A stretch of DNA of 64,000 bases from Chiloscyllium plagiosum (Eukaryota): assembly GCF_004010195.1 (NCBI RefSeq), contig NC_057753.1:1881243-1945242 (forward strand). The letters are read 5' to 3'. Of the stretch, positions 37,370-49,964 are shown piece by piece; the stretch's first letter is position 1, and the number at the start of each line of letters is the position of its first letter. Below the pieces are notes generated by a model. It made no database searches, had not been told where the DNA came from, and saw nothing but the letters and a program-made list of their open reading frames with translations. A program made the translations under genes and the position numbers.

Positions 37370-39400
37370 CATAGAACAAAGAATATTATAGAGAGGATCA
37401 GGCCCTTCGGGCCTAGATGTTGCGCCAATATGTGGAACTAATCTGAAGCCCACCTATCCCCCACTTCAACATTTTCATCCACATGTCTATGCAATGTCCA
37501 TTTAAATGCCCTTAAAATTTCCGATTCTATGACTGTTAAGGCAGTAGGTTTCACGCCCCTAAAACTCTGTGAGTAAAGAAACTATCTCTGTCATCTGTCC
37601 TATATCTTTATCCCCTCATTTTAAAGGTAAGGCCTCTCGTACTAGTCATCACAATCCGAGAAAAAAGACTCACTGTCCACGCTATCTAAACATGTGATTA
37701 ACTTGTATGTCTCAATTAAGTCACCTCTCAATCTTTTTCTCTCTAACCAAAACAGTCTCAAGTGCCACAGCGTTTTACTCGTAAGACTTCCTCTCCATAC
37801 CGGGAAACATTCTAGTAAATTTCCCCTGAACACATCCTTCCTATAGCGCGGTGACCAGAACTGTTCGCAATACCCCAATGCGGCCACACCAGCATTTCGT
37901 ACAGCTACAACATGACCTCATGGCTCCGAAACTCAATCCCTCTACCAATAAATGCTCAGACAATATATGCCTTCTTAACAACTCGATCAACCTGCGTGGT
38001 AACTTTCAGGGATATATGTATAATGCCACCAATGTATATCTGCTCATCTACATTACCAAACATCTTACCAGTAGCCCAATACACTTTATTCCTGTTGCAC
38101 CTTCCAAAGTGAATCACCTCACACTTTTCCACATTCAATTCCATTTCCAACCTCTCCACCTAGCTCTGCAGCTGATCTATTTCCCATTATAACCTACAAC
38201 GTCCTTCTGCACTTGCCACAATTTCACCAACCTTGATGCCATCAGAAATGTACTAACCCATTGTTCTACGCCCTCATCCAGTTCATTTATAAAAATGACA
38301 AACAGCAGTCGCCCAAAAACAGATCATTGCAGTACATCACGCGTAACTGAACGCCAGGAAGATAATTTCCCATCAACCACCAACCTCTGTCTCCTTTCAC
38401 CTCGCCAACATCTGATCCAAACCGCTAAATCACCCTCAATCCTATGCTTCCCTATTTAGTGCAATCGCCTGCCGTGTGGAAACTTATCAGAAGCCTTTTT
38501 GACATCCATATGCGCCTCTTTCCCCTCATTCACCTGTTTGGTCAACATCTCAAATAACTTAGTAAGTTTTGTGAGGCACGACCTACCCTTTACAAAACCG
38601 TGCTGATAATCCCTAATCAACTCATTCCTCTCTAGATGATTAAAAATCCTGTCTCCTACAACTTTTTCCAACACTGCACCCACAACGGAAGTAAGGCTCA
38701 CAGGTATATAATGACCAGGTTGTCTCGACTCCTTTTATTGAACAAGGGCATAACATGAACATTCTTCCAGTCTTCTCCCAGACATCATGAACCCTGGCAC
38801 AAGGGAGGCAACACACCAACCGTGAGTCTCTCTCATTCCCATAGAGCCTCCTAACTATTCTTCTCATTATAGAATTCACAATGACTAATGCTCTGCTCAC
38901 CTCCCCCTTCCCTTCTGAGCAACACGTGCATACTCTTGCCAGAGGCCTGTACCCCATGGTTTACCCCTGGTAAAACCTCCCCCTGCACTGCTTGCCAATT
39001 CCATTTCCGTGCCCTCACAGAACCTATCTACCATTTTCTTGTACCTGAGGTATGATTACTTCCTTGTAACTCCTCTTAATAATCTCTCTCTGCATCCAGA
39101 ATGATCCGAAGTGCATCCAGCTCCAGCTCCAGTTCGCTAATGCTTTTTTCAAGGAGCTGGAGTTGGGTGCACTTCCCGCAGGTGAGGTCAGCTGGACACT
39201 CGTGGTGAGCCTTACCTCTCACATTCTGCAGGAAGAACATTCAAATGCCATGACTGTCACCCCAAATATTGTATATTCCCAAAGAGACTGTAGAAAAATA
39301 AAGAATATATTTAAAAATCCAGTTACCTTATCAATCCGGCACACAGAATGTTTTTGTTGACTAGAGGAGGAGGATAGGTGGGAGACACTGCTACGTGACT
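37370..39400 (-). mobile_element. Internally deleted CR1 keeping 5' UTR, ORF1 start, RT and 3' end
   Basis: ORF1 MAFECSSCRM (~39250) and esterase-like IVNSIMR..RLVCCLPCARVHDV joined at ~38760 to RT (QHGFVKGRSCLT); tail at ~37370. Confidence 0.82.
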
Positions 39401-40050
39401 TCACATTTTGTATCAGTCTGCCACGAGGGATGTTGTCAAAGACTTACTGAAGTCCATGGAGATAATGTCAACCGCTTTTTACTCATCAATTATTTAAGTC
39501 ACCTCCTCAAAAATCTCGATCACTTTAGTGACGCATGAACTCCGCCGCACAAACCCATGCTGTCTATTAATAATGAGTCCATTTGATTCTAAATTCATAT
39601 ACATCTTATTCCTGAAAATCTTTTCTAATACATTCCCTAACACTGCGATAGGCTGGGACTTTTTAAACTGGAGCGTACAAGGTTGGGGGTGAAGTTACAG
39701 AAGTTTATTAAATCTGAGGGGCAGAATTAAGAAAAATCGTAGAACTTATTTCTCATCGGTGGGCGTGTTCAAAACTGGCGAGCACATTTTTAAAGTCATA
39801 TGCCAAAGAGTTAACAAGGACATGAGGGGCAACTTTTCTACAGAGTCTCTGGTTACTGTGCGCAGTGAACTGTCAAAGGATGTGCTGGATGCAGGGTCAG
39901 TTATATCGTTCAAAAGAGATGTGGATACGGACGTTGATAGGAAATGTTTGGAGGCATCTGGGCTAAACTTAGGCAGGTAGAATTAGCTTAGTTTCAGAAA
40001 AGATTTGGCGTGAACACGTTGGCGTATTTCTATGCTGTATAACTCTATGT
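39400..40050. mobile_element. Two old CR1 fragments (minus ~39400-39650, plus ~39650-40050)
   Basis: Antisense QHGFVRRSSC block; sense FKTGEHIFKV..RGNFSTE block. Confidence 0.6.
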
Positions 40051-41159
40051 GGCGAACGGGAAACGCATTTCTCTGACACAATCACATAGCGACATCCATG
40101 CTTCCATTAGGGAGAAGTGAGTTTAGTTTAGTCAAAGATTATTCAATGCACATGCAAGTTCAGAGAGCTCTTAGTCTGGGCCAAAGCACTGACAGAACTT
40201 CAGGTTTTACAGGTATTTGTGGAAATACATTTGGAATTCTTTATAGAAGGACGAATTTACAATTTTTACGACATTTCCCGCAGAAGAAGCTCTTAGATTT
40301 CTCTGCCACACCTTAACTCCTGTTCATAACTATCTCAATTATCTGGATGTAAAAGAATCTGGCGCCTGTGTCACCTTCCTGTCTCTTGTTGCTGGCTTAA
40401 AGAGAAGGAAGGTGTTTCACCAGGATTGCACATGTCTCGCTTTATTCGACTACACGTTTAGATATTGCTGATGGTCTAACATAGAAAGAAAAAAATGGAT
40501 ATAAAACGATTTTGTAGCTGCTCTAGTATTTTCACAGTTTCTGTTACAATATTGCTTGAGTCTGTCTTTCGAAGCGGTGAACGTTAGTGACTCTAGGAGA
40601 GACTGGTTCATCTGCATTTATAAATCTGTTCAATCCTGTTGTTGACTGGGTGATGGGTTAATGGGTCGGGCTGCTTTAAAAGTGTGGATGTATTGCATTG
40701 GAAGGCAAAGTTGCTCCGTTTTGAATCATTGTTTAAAGCGAGTAACTAAATCTGAGAAAAGATATACAGGTCATGATTTCATTCGTGAAGTTTAACCGAA
40801 TTTACTTCCTCACAGAAACATGGCATTCGTTGCTTAACCTGTCTCAAAATACATTCCACTGATCATCTTTGTTTTGGTACTTGGCATCTGGTGGATAATT
40901 GACGTTGGGGGTCGAGATCCCGGATTAAATGGCTGAACAAGATCGAAGGTTCTACAGATCTATTGCTGCGCCTTGACGCAACAGACTACAAGAGCAATAC
41001 CGGATGTAGCCTTCATTTATTAGATTTGTTTTACGAGTTCATAGAATGTGGACGTCGCTATATCAATCCGGTTTTATTGCCCATTTTAACAGTAATGACA
41101 ATGCATTTGGAGTCACTGAACAGGTAAAAGCAGTATTTTATTTCCCTCGAAGATAGTTT

Positions 41160-41320
41160 TTTTTAATGAGATTCCCTATAGAACCAACAAGTCCACACCG
41201 ACCCTCTGAAGAGTAACCCACCCAGACCCATTTCCCACTGACCAATGCACATGACCCGCACATCTTTGGACTGTGGAAGGAAACCCACGCAGACACAGGG
41301 AGAATATGCAAACTCCACGT
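41160..41320 (-). mobile_element. HE1/V-SINE-like fragment
   Basis: caacaagtccacaccgaccctctgaagagtaaccc..aaacccacgcagacacagggagaat. Confidence 0.75.
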
Positions 41321-41959
41321 TAGTGAATGGGTATTTTCCCCCAATAAATGTTTCATGGTCATCTTAGACTTTTCATTACAGATTTGTTATGAAATTGATA
41401 TCCCACCAACAGCCTTGGTGGGACTTGAACATGGAACCCAACCACATCGCCTGGGTGTCTGTAAACTACAACATTACCTTAGAAAGCTTTCAAAAGTAGG
41501 CTGGTGCAAAGATATGTTACAAAACGTAAGGCAACAAACTTGAAATCTCGCATTTTACACATGGGTTGGCCTAAATCACACTCTCGTCGCCATTTCAGTA
41601 AATGTTTAACTTTACGTTCTTGCTAGACACTTACCAGGTTTTGGAAGAGCTAGAATCTACGTCTTTTCAATTTATCACACTACACTGTGTGCTCTCCAGT
41701 GAAAAATAGAACAAGGACTGGAAACCTTTACCTCAACTGTTTTGGAATGTGGATTCACATACAATAATGAAAATGCACAAGAATTTCTGTGGTTCCCTTC
41801 CGTCTAACATGACGTTCCGTGAATTCGAATCCAAGGCAAAATAAAGAAGAACGACCACGAACACGAGAGTAGAAGTCCACGTTTATCAGATACAATACAT
41901 TTATTTGCCTATTTTTAAATAGACTCTCTGAGTGAGAAATAGAGTTCCTGCAGTGGAGC

Positions 41960-42245
41960 AACTACTGTGTGGAAACAGAGCATTCAAACCATTCGATTTA
42001 CACTGACCATCCCAAGACCATTCCACGCTGACTAAGCCTTCTACTCTACCCCGTGACCTTGCATTTACCATGATTGATCCACCGAACATGCACATGTTTG
42101 GATTGTGGGAGGAAGCTGGTGCACCCAGAGGAATCCCACACAGGCAGGGGAGAACATGGATACTCCGTGTAGGCTATCTCCAGAGTTTATAGTTGAACCC
42201 AGGTGTCTGGTTCTGTGAGCCAGCCGTACTATCCACTGCTTTCCT
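41960..42245 (-). mobile_element. Degenerate V-SINE-like SINE
   Basis: ggattgtgggaggaagctggtgcacccagaggaatcccacacag central domain. Confidence 0.65.
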
Positions 42246-42499
42246 TAACCCAGCTTTCTTCCATCCTGCTGGGAAACCAGCCAGATCAGAGGAGCTACAT
42301 TGATTGCATTTAGCTATTCATCACATCAATGACTGAACTTCATTCATTCCGATAGTTGGGATTGATTCTCACCTGTAACTGGGATAGGACTTAATATTTT
42401 TTCAATAGGATGCTGCAATTTGTAAGCTAACTGAAAATCAGGTATCTTTCTCCATGTTAACCTCAAGCTTTTGCAAAATTAAGATAAACAATGATAAAC

Positions 42500-44346
42500 A
42501 GCGAGAAGGATCATTTTCAGACGCTTCTTCACCATACTAGGTAACATAATCAGTGAGCCTCCAGTGAAGCACTGGTGTTACGACCCGCTTTCTATTTACA
42601 AGCGTAGGTTTCCTTGGGTTGGTGATGCCATTTCCTGTGCTGATGTCATTTCCTGTTATTTTTTCGTCTGGGTTTGTGGGTTATCAGGATGCCAAGATGT
42701 CTGAGTAGTCTAGCAGTCAATTCTGAGATGTATTTTGATGTATGGGACAGTGGCTAGGGTTTCTGGATGCGTTTTGTCTGCTTATTTGGGTTTGTTGCTG
42801 AGAAATCGGTGGACTGTGTACATTGGGTACTCGTTATTTTTGAATGGGCTGTCGAGGTGACTTTCCTCTGCTCTTCGTAGTTCCTCTGTGCTGCTGTGTA
42901 TGGTGGCTGCTTGAAATAATATTCTAACGCAGCTTCGTTGTGTGTATTGGGATGTTTGCTTCTGTAGTTCATAATTTGGTCCATATGTCCTGTTTTACTG
43001 TACGCTTTAGTTTGAAGTTCGCTATTGGCTGGTCGCTCGACTGCGATACCCAGGAATGCCAGTTTGTTGTTGTTTTCCTCCTCTTTTGCGAATTTTATGC
43101 CAGTTGGCATTTTATTGATGTCCTTGAATTCCTCTAATTTGTTTCATTTAATGATGACAATGGTATCACCTCTACAGCGGACACAAAGTGTGGGTTGGTT
43201 GGTTGACAGGGCTGTTTTTTCGTCTCTCTGCATTACGCTTCTGCTAAGAATCCTGATGTCAGAAATCCTATGGAAGTGTGGGGAATGGTACGACATAGGT
43301 CCAAAAGCTTGACGATGTTGACTTTGCTGATGAAGTTTGTGGCGTTTAGTGTATGTGTCTTTGGTTCTTCTAATATTGTGGTCAGTGCTTCTTTCTCCAG
43401 GTTGATGTTGATGGGCGTGAACCAGGCTGCTACGTCAAAGGAGCCCATTCTTTCATCTGCTTCTACCTTGGTGGCTTTGATCGTAATCAGGAATTCTTGG
43501 TTGGAGTGAATGGAGTGGCGTGAGTCTTCTACTAAGTGGTTTACACTATGGTGTAGTCTGGCTATTCTGTACGCTAGTATTCCAGGTAGCGAGACTATGG
43601 GTCTGAGATGGGCTCCTGGTTTGTGAATCTTTGGTAATCTTTAGAAGTGTGGTGTGTCAGATCCGTCTGCTTTCATTTTTTGGAAGTCTGTTTTGTTTAA
43701 TTCTCCAGATTGCTGAGGTGTTTAGAGCAAGGCTGTGATTCGGTTCTCAAATTGTGGGGTAGACTCTATCGCCACCTGTTGGTAAGTGTCAGTATCTGTG
43801 TCAGGAAGTGACAGACGAAATACTGCACCGTAGAAGCAATCATCCCAACGTCCACAAACAAAGCTGCATTAGTACGTTATTTCAACGAGCCACCACGCAC
43901 TGCAGCACAGAGGAACTACGAAGAGCAGAAGAAAATCACCAATACAGCGTATTGGAAAAGGATGCATACCCAATAAACACAGTCTGCCGATTTACCAGCA
44001 ACAAACCCAAACAAGCACACAAAAACGCATCCCGAGAGCCTAGCCACTCTCCCCGACATCAAAGATACATCGTACTGACAGCCAGACTACTCAGAATTCT
44101 TGGCATCCTGGTAGATCACCAATCCACCAACACACTAAAACACAGCTAATGAACTTAAACGATCCTATACAGACAACAAACAATACGAACGTCATTTACA
44201 AAATACATTGCAAGAACTGCAAGAACTGCAACATACATTACTTTGGACAAACAGGCAGAAAATTAGCCATCAGGATACATGAACATCAACGAGCCATATT
44301 ATCCGCTCTTACCAGTAACTTTACATACAGTTGAGAAAGGACACCT
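42500..44346. mobile_element. Penelope-like element: minus-strand RT plus terminal repeat, fused to an inverted plus-strand GIY-YIG segment
   Basis: Minus: MGSFDVAAWFTPI, GIKFAKEEENNNKLAFLGI. Plus from ~43806: SNHPNVHKQSCISTLFQRA, NVIYKIHCKNC..YFGQTGRKLAIRIHEHQ. Confidence 0.88.
42517..42556 (-). ncRNA. Degenerate hammerhead-ribozyme-like motif in a Penelope terminal repeat
   Basis: tca-CTGATTA-tgttacc-tagtat-ggtgaa-GAAG-CGTC-tga; two core substitutions. Confidence 0.5.
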
Positions 44347-45430
44347 ATTGCATTCTTAGCTACTTTCTTGCCAGCGCCACCTCACTCCTATGTATCTCTC
44401 CACCACGAAGGTTCCCAGGCTCATTACTGATAGAACATAGAACATAGAACAATACAGCACAGAACAGGCCCTTCGGCCCACGATGTTGTGCCGAACATTT
44501 GTCCTAGCTTAAGCACCCATCCATGTACCTATCCAATTGCCGCTTAAAGGTCGCCAATGATTCTGACTCTACCACTCCCACAGGCAGAGCATTCCATGCC
44601 CCCACCACTCTCTGGGTAAAGAACCCACCCCTGACATCTCCCCTATACCTTCCACCCTTCACCTTAAATTTATGTCCCCTTGTAACACTCTGTTGTACCC
44701 GGGGAAAAAGTTTCTGACTGTCTACTCTATCTATTCCTCTGATCATCTTATAAGCCTCTATCAAGTCACCCCTCATCCTTCGCCGTTCCAACGAGAAAAG
44801 GCCGAGAACTCTCAACCTATCCTCGTACGGCCTATTCTCCATTCCAGGCAACATCCTGGTAAATCTTCTCTGCACCCTCTCCAAAGCTTCCACATCTTTC
44901 CTAAAGTGAGGCGACCAGAACTGCACACAGTACTCCAGAAGTGGCCTAACCAAGGTCCTGTACAGCTGCAACATCACTTCACGACTCTTGAATTCAATCC
45001 CTCTGCTAATGAACGCTAATACACCATAGGCCTCTTACAAGCTCTATCCCCCTGAGTGGCAACTTTCAAAGATCTATGAACATAGACACCAAGATCCCTC
45101 TGCTCCTTCACGTTACTAAGAACCCTACCGTTAACCCTGTATTCCGCATTCTTATTTGTCCTTCCAAAATGGACAACCTCATACTTGACAGGGTTGAACT
45201 CCATCTGCCACTCCTCAGCCCAGCTTTGCATCATATCTAAGTCCCTTTGCAGCCGACAACATCCCTCCTCACTATCCACAACTCCACCAATCTTCGTATC
45301 ATCTGCAAAGGACGCCTGCCTGAAACGTCCATTTTCCTGCACATCAGATGCTGCCTGACCTGCTGTGCTTTTCCAGCACCATTCTAATCTTGACTCTGAT
45401 CTCCAGCATCTGCAGTCCTCACTTTCGCCT
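44347..45430 (+). mobile_element. Penelope-like terminal repeat (second family) split by the young CR1
   Basis: Left piece ends ctcattactgat; right piece ggacgcctgcctgaaacgtcc..gatgctgcctgacctgctgtgcttttccagcacc..ctccagcatctgcagtcctcact. Confidence 0.7.
44430..45309 (-). mobile_element. Young 5'-truncated CR1
   Basis: FADDTKIGG..; LQLYRTLVRPLLEYCVQFWSP..; (CATAGAA)n tail at 44430-44450. Confidence 0.93.
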
Positions 45431-46596
45431 TGTGCTTCTGGTGTCTAGTTCCTGGCCATTCTTGTTTATCTTATGTTGGAGTCAAAACTGCAGCAGTAAT
45501 AATGGAAGGAACGGAACAAGACAAATTCCTGCCCCTTTCCTTTATTATAATTGATTTCAATTTTCAATCAACGTTAGGCCATGGTTTCCACTCCTGGTTC
45601 TATGTTTTCACTGAAATACAGAAAATTCCACGCTGTCTCTGGCAGTAATAAGCTTCCAGCCTACTTCTAGAGCATGAAATGGTACAATTGCTGAAATAGT
45701 GGCGATAGTGTGATCTGAGGTAACTTGTGCAAAACATACTAGATTAGCAGACAATCGCCTTAATCTCTCAGACACCTCATTGCAATGGCCTTTGGACAAA
45801 TCTTTCTAAAGTGGTTTCGCAATTTACAGAGACCTTGGTGATATCCTGGGGTTCCTCGTTCAAGTCCTGCCATTGCAGTTGGTGGGATTTTAAATTAATA
45901 CCAAATCTAGAATTAAGAGTCTGAGATGATCATACGACATTTGTTGAGAAAGGAATTCCGGTTCACTAATATCCAGTAGGAAATTAAATTGTTATTTTTT
46001 ACCCAGTATGTACTACGTAACAGATGAACAGCACTTTCAATGGGCAGCAAAGGCGTACAGAGACAGTGACAGTAATTTTAATAAATCATCAACACCTCTG
46101 GCAATAAGACTGCAGTATAACATGAGTAAAGGCGTTTCAATAATCTCTAGGACCTTCAGTCTTGCTCTGCCATTTCATTAGGTGTTGGATGTTTCCATTA
46201 CCAACATCAATTTTCTGCCGGATCCCAAAAGCCAAAACAAGGATAATTGGCAGAATGCATTCTGACACAGGGCGAACAACAAATGTGATGTGTTTGTGAC
46301 AAAGGATATTCGTATAAAGTCCATCAAAAAGAAACAATGAACCGAATATCTTTTTGCAAAATTAGTTGATCGCTCCTTCTCTTTCAAATGCAACAAATTT
46401 GACTTTAAAGCAGACTGCTCCATTCACACCTCACCCACTTAACTACAGGATTGAATAGATGTACCAACGCAATAGAACGAAGATTCAGTCTCTCATAGAG
46501 TCACTAACATGTGCTCCGTAAAGACAGATGCAAGTGATTCTCTAATTTAAACTGAGACAATGACAGGGACAGCCTGAAGAACTGCGGATGCAAAAG

Positions 46597-46925
46597 GACA
46601 CCTTTTGGACAAACCAAACAGAGACATGCACAGGAATTCCTAGAAGCATGGCATTCCAACCCGAACTCTGTCAACACGCACATTGATTTGGACCCCATTT
46701 ATCATTCTCTAAGGAAAAAATAGCAGGAAATGACACCACCTCAGGAAATGGCATCAACACAGGAAAAGAGAAAACCAAACCACTGAAGCCTAAGCACATA
46801 GACAGAACGCGCGTCATAACACCAATGCTTCACCGGACGCTCACTGACGATGTTACCTGGATGGTAACGAAATTTTTGAAAACTAACATTCCAACTCAGC
46901 GAGCAAATGTACATCCAGAACTGAA
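46597..46925 (+). mobile_element. Penelope-like 3' end and terminal repeat
   Basis: GQTKQRHAQEFLEAWHS..HIDLDP, then a terminal repeat matching the reverse complement of 42500-42660. Confidence 0.82.
46841..46880 (+). ncRNA. Minimal type I hammerhead-ribozyme-like motif
   Basis: tca-CTGACGA-t-GTTACC-tggat-GGTAAC-GAAA-tttt-tga: both core boxes intact, perfect 6-bp stem II, short tca/tga stem I; stem III palindrome mutated. Confidence 0.68.
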
Positions 46926-47339
46926 AATGACACAGTGACTGAGTTAAAAACGAATTTGAAACAGAATTTGAGAGGAACATCTTGCAAGTATTGAACTGCA
47001 GAATGAGTGTGACTGGAGTTTGATACAAAACAAGCAGGTAGTGCATGGGCCGAATGGCTCAATTTGTTTCTTAAGGACTTTGGTTATTTGGTGGCATCTC
47101 CCTTGTGTTCTAAATCTTTGCATTCAGTTGTCATTCATTCCAAGGCTTTTGGATCATTCATATGAATTGAATACAGCTTACTCTAACCACGGTTTGATTA
47201 TCTTGGTGCTTTGACATCCTCAGTGATAGCGGAAATCTCCTCCCACGGAATGGACAAACCAATCTTAATCATTCCACATTTAGATGCTCACCGTATTCAG
47301 GCCATGATGAATCGAGTGACTCAGTCAGAAATTGATGTG

Positions 47340-49103
47340 GTCATAGAGTCATAGAGATGTACAGCGTGGAAACAGACCATTTGGTCCAACCTGTCCATGC
47401 CGACCAGATATCTCAACCCATTCTCGTCCTACCTGCCAGCACCCGGCCCATATCCCTCCAAACCCTTCCTATTCATATACCCATCCAAATATCTCTTAAA
47501 TGTTGCAATTGTACCAGCCTCTACCACATTCTCTGGCAGCGCATTCCATACACGTACCACCCTTTGTGTGAAGACGTTGCCCCTTAGGTCTCTTTTATAT
47601 CTTTCCCCTCTCACCCTAAACCTACGACCTCTAGTTCTGGACTCCCTGATCCCAGGGAAAAGACTTTGTCTATGTATCCTGTCCATGCCTCTCATAATTT
47701 TGCAAACATCTGTAAGGTCACCCCTCAGCCTCCAGCGCTCCAGGGAAAACAGCCCCAGCCTGTTCAGCCTCTCTCTATAGCTCAAATCCTTCAACCCTGG
47801 CAACATCCTTGTAAATCTTTTCTGAACCCTTTCAAGTTTCACAACATCTTTCCGATACGAAGGAGACCAGAATTGCATGCAATATTCCAACAGTGGCCTA
47901 ACCAATGTCCTGTACAGCCGCAACATATCCTCTCATCTTCTGTACTCAATATTCTGACCAATAAAGAAAAGCACACCACAAACGCCTTCTTCACTATCCT
48001 ATGTACCTGTAACTCCACTTTCAAGGAGCTATGAACCTGCACTCCAAGGTCTCTTTGTTCTTCAACACTCCCTAGGACCTTACCATTAAGTGTGTAAGTC
48101 CTCCTAAGATTTGCTTTCACAAAAATGCAGCGCCTCGCATTTATCTGAATTAAACTCCATCCGAAACACTTCTCAGCCCATTGGCCCATCTGGTCCAGAT
48201 CCTGTTGGAATCTGAGGTAACGCTCTTCGCTATCCACTACACTTCCAATTTTGGTGTCGTCTGCAAACTTACTTACTGTACCTCTTATGCTCGCATCCAA
48301 ATCATTTATGTAAATGACAAAAAGTAGAGGACCCGGGACCGATCCTTGTGGCACTGCACTGGTCACAGGCCTCCAGTTTGAAAAACAACCCTCCACCACC
48401 ACCCTCTATCTTCTACCTTTGAGCCACTTCTGTATCTAAATAGCTAGTTTTCCCTTTATTCCATGAGATCTAACCTTGCTAATCAGTCTCCCATGGGGAA
48501 CCTTGTCGAAGGCCTTACTGAAGTTCATATAGATCACACCTACTGCTCTGCCCTCATCAATCTTCTTTGTTACTTCTTCAAACAAACTCAATCAAGTTTG
48601 TGAGACATGATTTCTCACGCACAAAGCCATGTTGACTATCCCTAATCAGCCCTTGACTTTCCAAATACATGTACATCCTTTCCCCATGGATTCCCTCAAC
48701 AAATTGCCCACCACCGAGGTCAAGCTCACTGGTCCACAGGTCCTTGGCTTGTCTTTACCGTCCTTCTTAAACCGTGGCACCACGGTTGCCAACCTCCAGT
48801 CTTCTGGCACCTTACCTGGCACTATGATGATTCAAATATCTCAGCAACAGGCCCAGCAATCACTTTTCTAGCTTCCCACAGAGTTCTCGGGTACACCTGA
48901 TCAAGTTTTGGGGATTTAACCGTTTCAAGACATCCAGCACTTCCTCCTCTCTAATCTGGACATTTTGCAAGATGTGAACATCTATTTCCATACAGTCTAT
49001 GTCTTCCATATCCTTTTCCACAGTAAATACTGCTGCAAAATATTCATTTAGTATCTCCCCCATTTTCTGTGGCTCCACACAAAGGACGCCTTGCTGATCT
49101 TTG
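47340..49103 (-). mobile_element. 5'-truncated CR1 (RT domain to 3' end)
   Basis: VPQGSVPGPLLFVIYINDL..SKFADDTKIG; LYRTLVRPLLEYCMQFWSP; tail gtcatagagtcatagag. Confidence 0.93.
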
Positions 49104-49340
49104 AGGTGGGGATAAAGCTGATAGGTCGGAGAGGAGGGTGGATCGGATAAGTGGGAAGGAAGATTGGCAAGTAGGACAGATCATGAGGATGGTGCTGAGC
49201 TGGAAGATTGGAACTGGGGTGAGATGGGTGGAAGGGTAATGAAGAAACTGGTGAAGTCCACATTGATGCCCTGGGGTTGGAATGTTCCGAGGCGGACGTT
49301 GAGGCTTTCTTCCTCAGGCATCGCGTGGTGAGGGAGTGGC
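49104..49340 (-). mobile_element. Penelope-like endonuclease C-terminal fragment
   Basis: Minus strand ..EEESLNVRLGTFQPQGINVDFTSF followed by a pyrimidine-rich tract. Confidence 0.65.
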
Positions 49341-49928
49341 AATGAGTTTTTGCTCGCTTCTAATTTCCACAGTTTACAAAATTTGAGGGTTCTCAGAAGC
49401 CTGCAGGCGAGTTTATTAGAATGGATTCAGCAAGGCAACTTGGGAAGACATTTGATTAGGTTACAAGTTTAGCAACAGGTTTAAATAAGTTAGAGAAAGG
49501 CAATGTATTTCCATTATCAGAGCAGAAAGGGTAGTTTTAGCATGTTTTTTAGATTACAGTTCTGTATTATTTTATAACAGGATAAACTGAAGGCCAAGAT
49601 CAGGATTCCAGCACAAATGAGTGGCATGAAAGCAGTCATAATTTCATTGGTTGGTGACAGCTATTGATTTGTTTTTACATATAATAGGGTACTTTCTGTT
49701 TGAAGTTAAATCGGGAACACTTTTGCAGAGGGGTAAGAAATTTCTAAAAAGACGTTAAATTTGGGATAAAGTAATTAAAAGAAAAAGGCCAGGCCGGGTG
49801 AAATGTTGTAATTGCACAATGTTTCAACTTGTGGACCAAATTATGTTTCATGTTGTAAATCAGAAACAATACCCGAAATTGTGGGAAAAGCACAGAGATC
49901 TGGCAGCAGCTCTGCAGAGCGATGAAAG

Positions 49929-49964
49929 TTAACGTTTAGGATCGAGTGACCGTTCCTCAGAACT
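49929..49964 (-). ncRNA. Degenerate hammerhead-like motif (third repeat family)
   Basis: gtt-CTGAGGA-acggtc-actc-gatcc-TAAA-CGTT-aac within a ~49860-50010 repeat. Confidence 0.45.

Noticed and set aside
44336..46603. 11-bp direct repeat aaaggacacct as the TSD of a 2.2-kb transduction
   Set aside because: Both copies may simply be overlapping Penelope sequence from two fragments; not decidable without a consensus.
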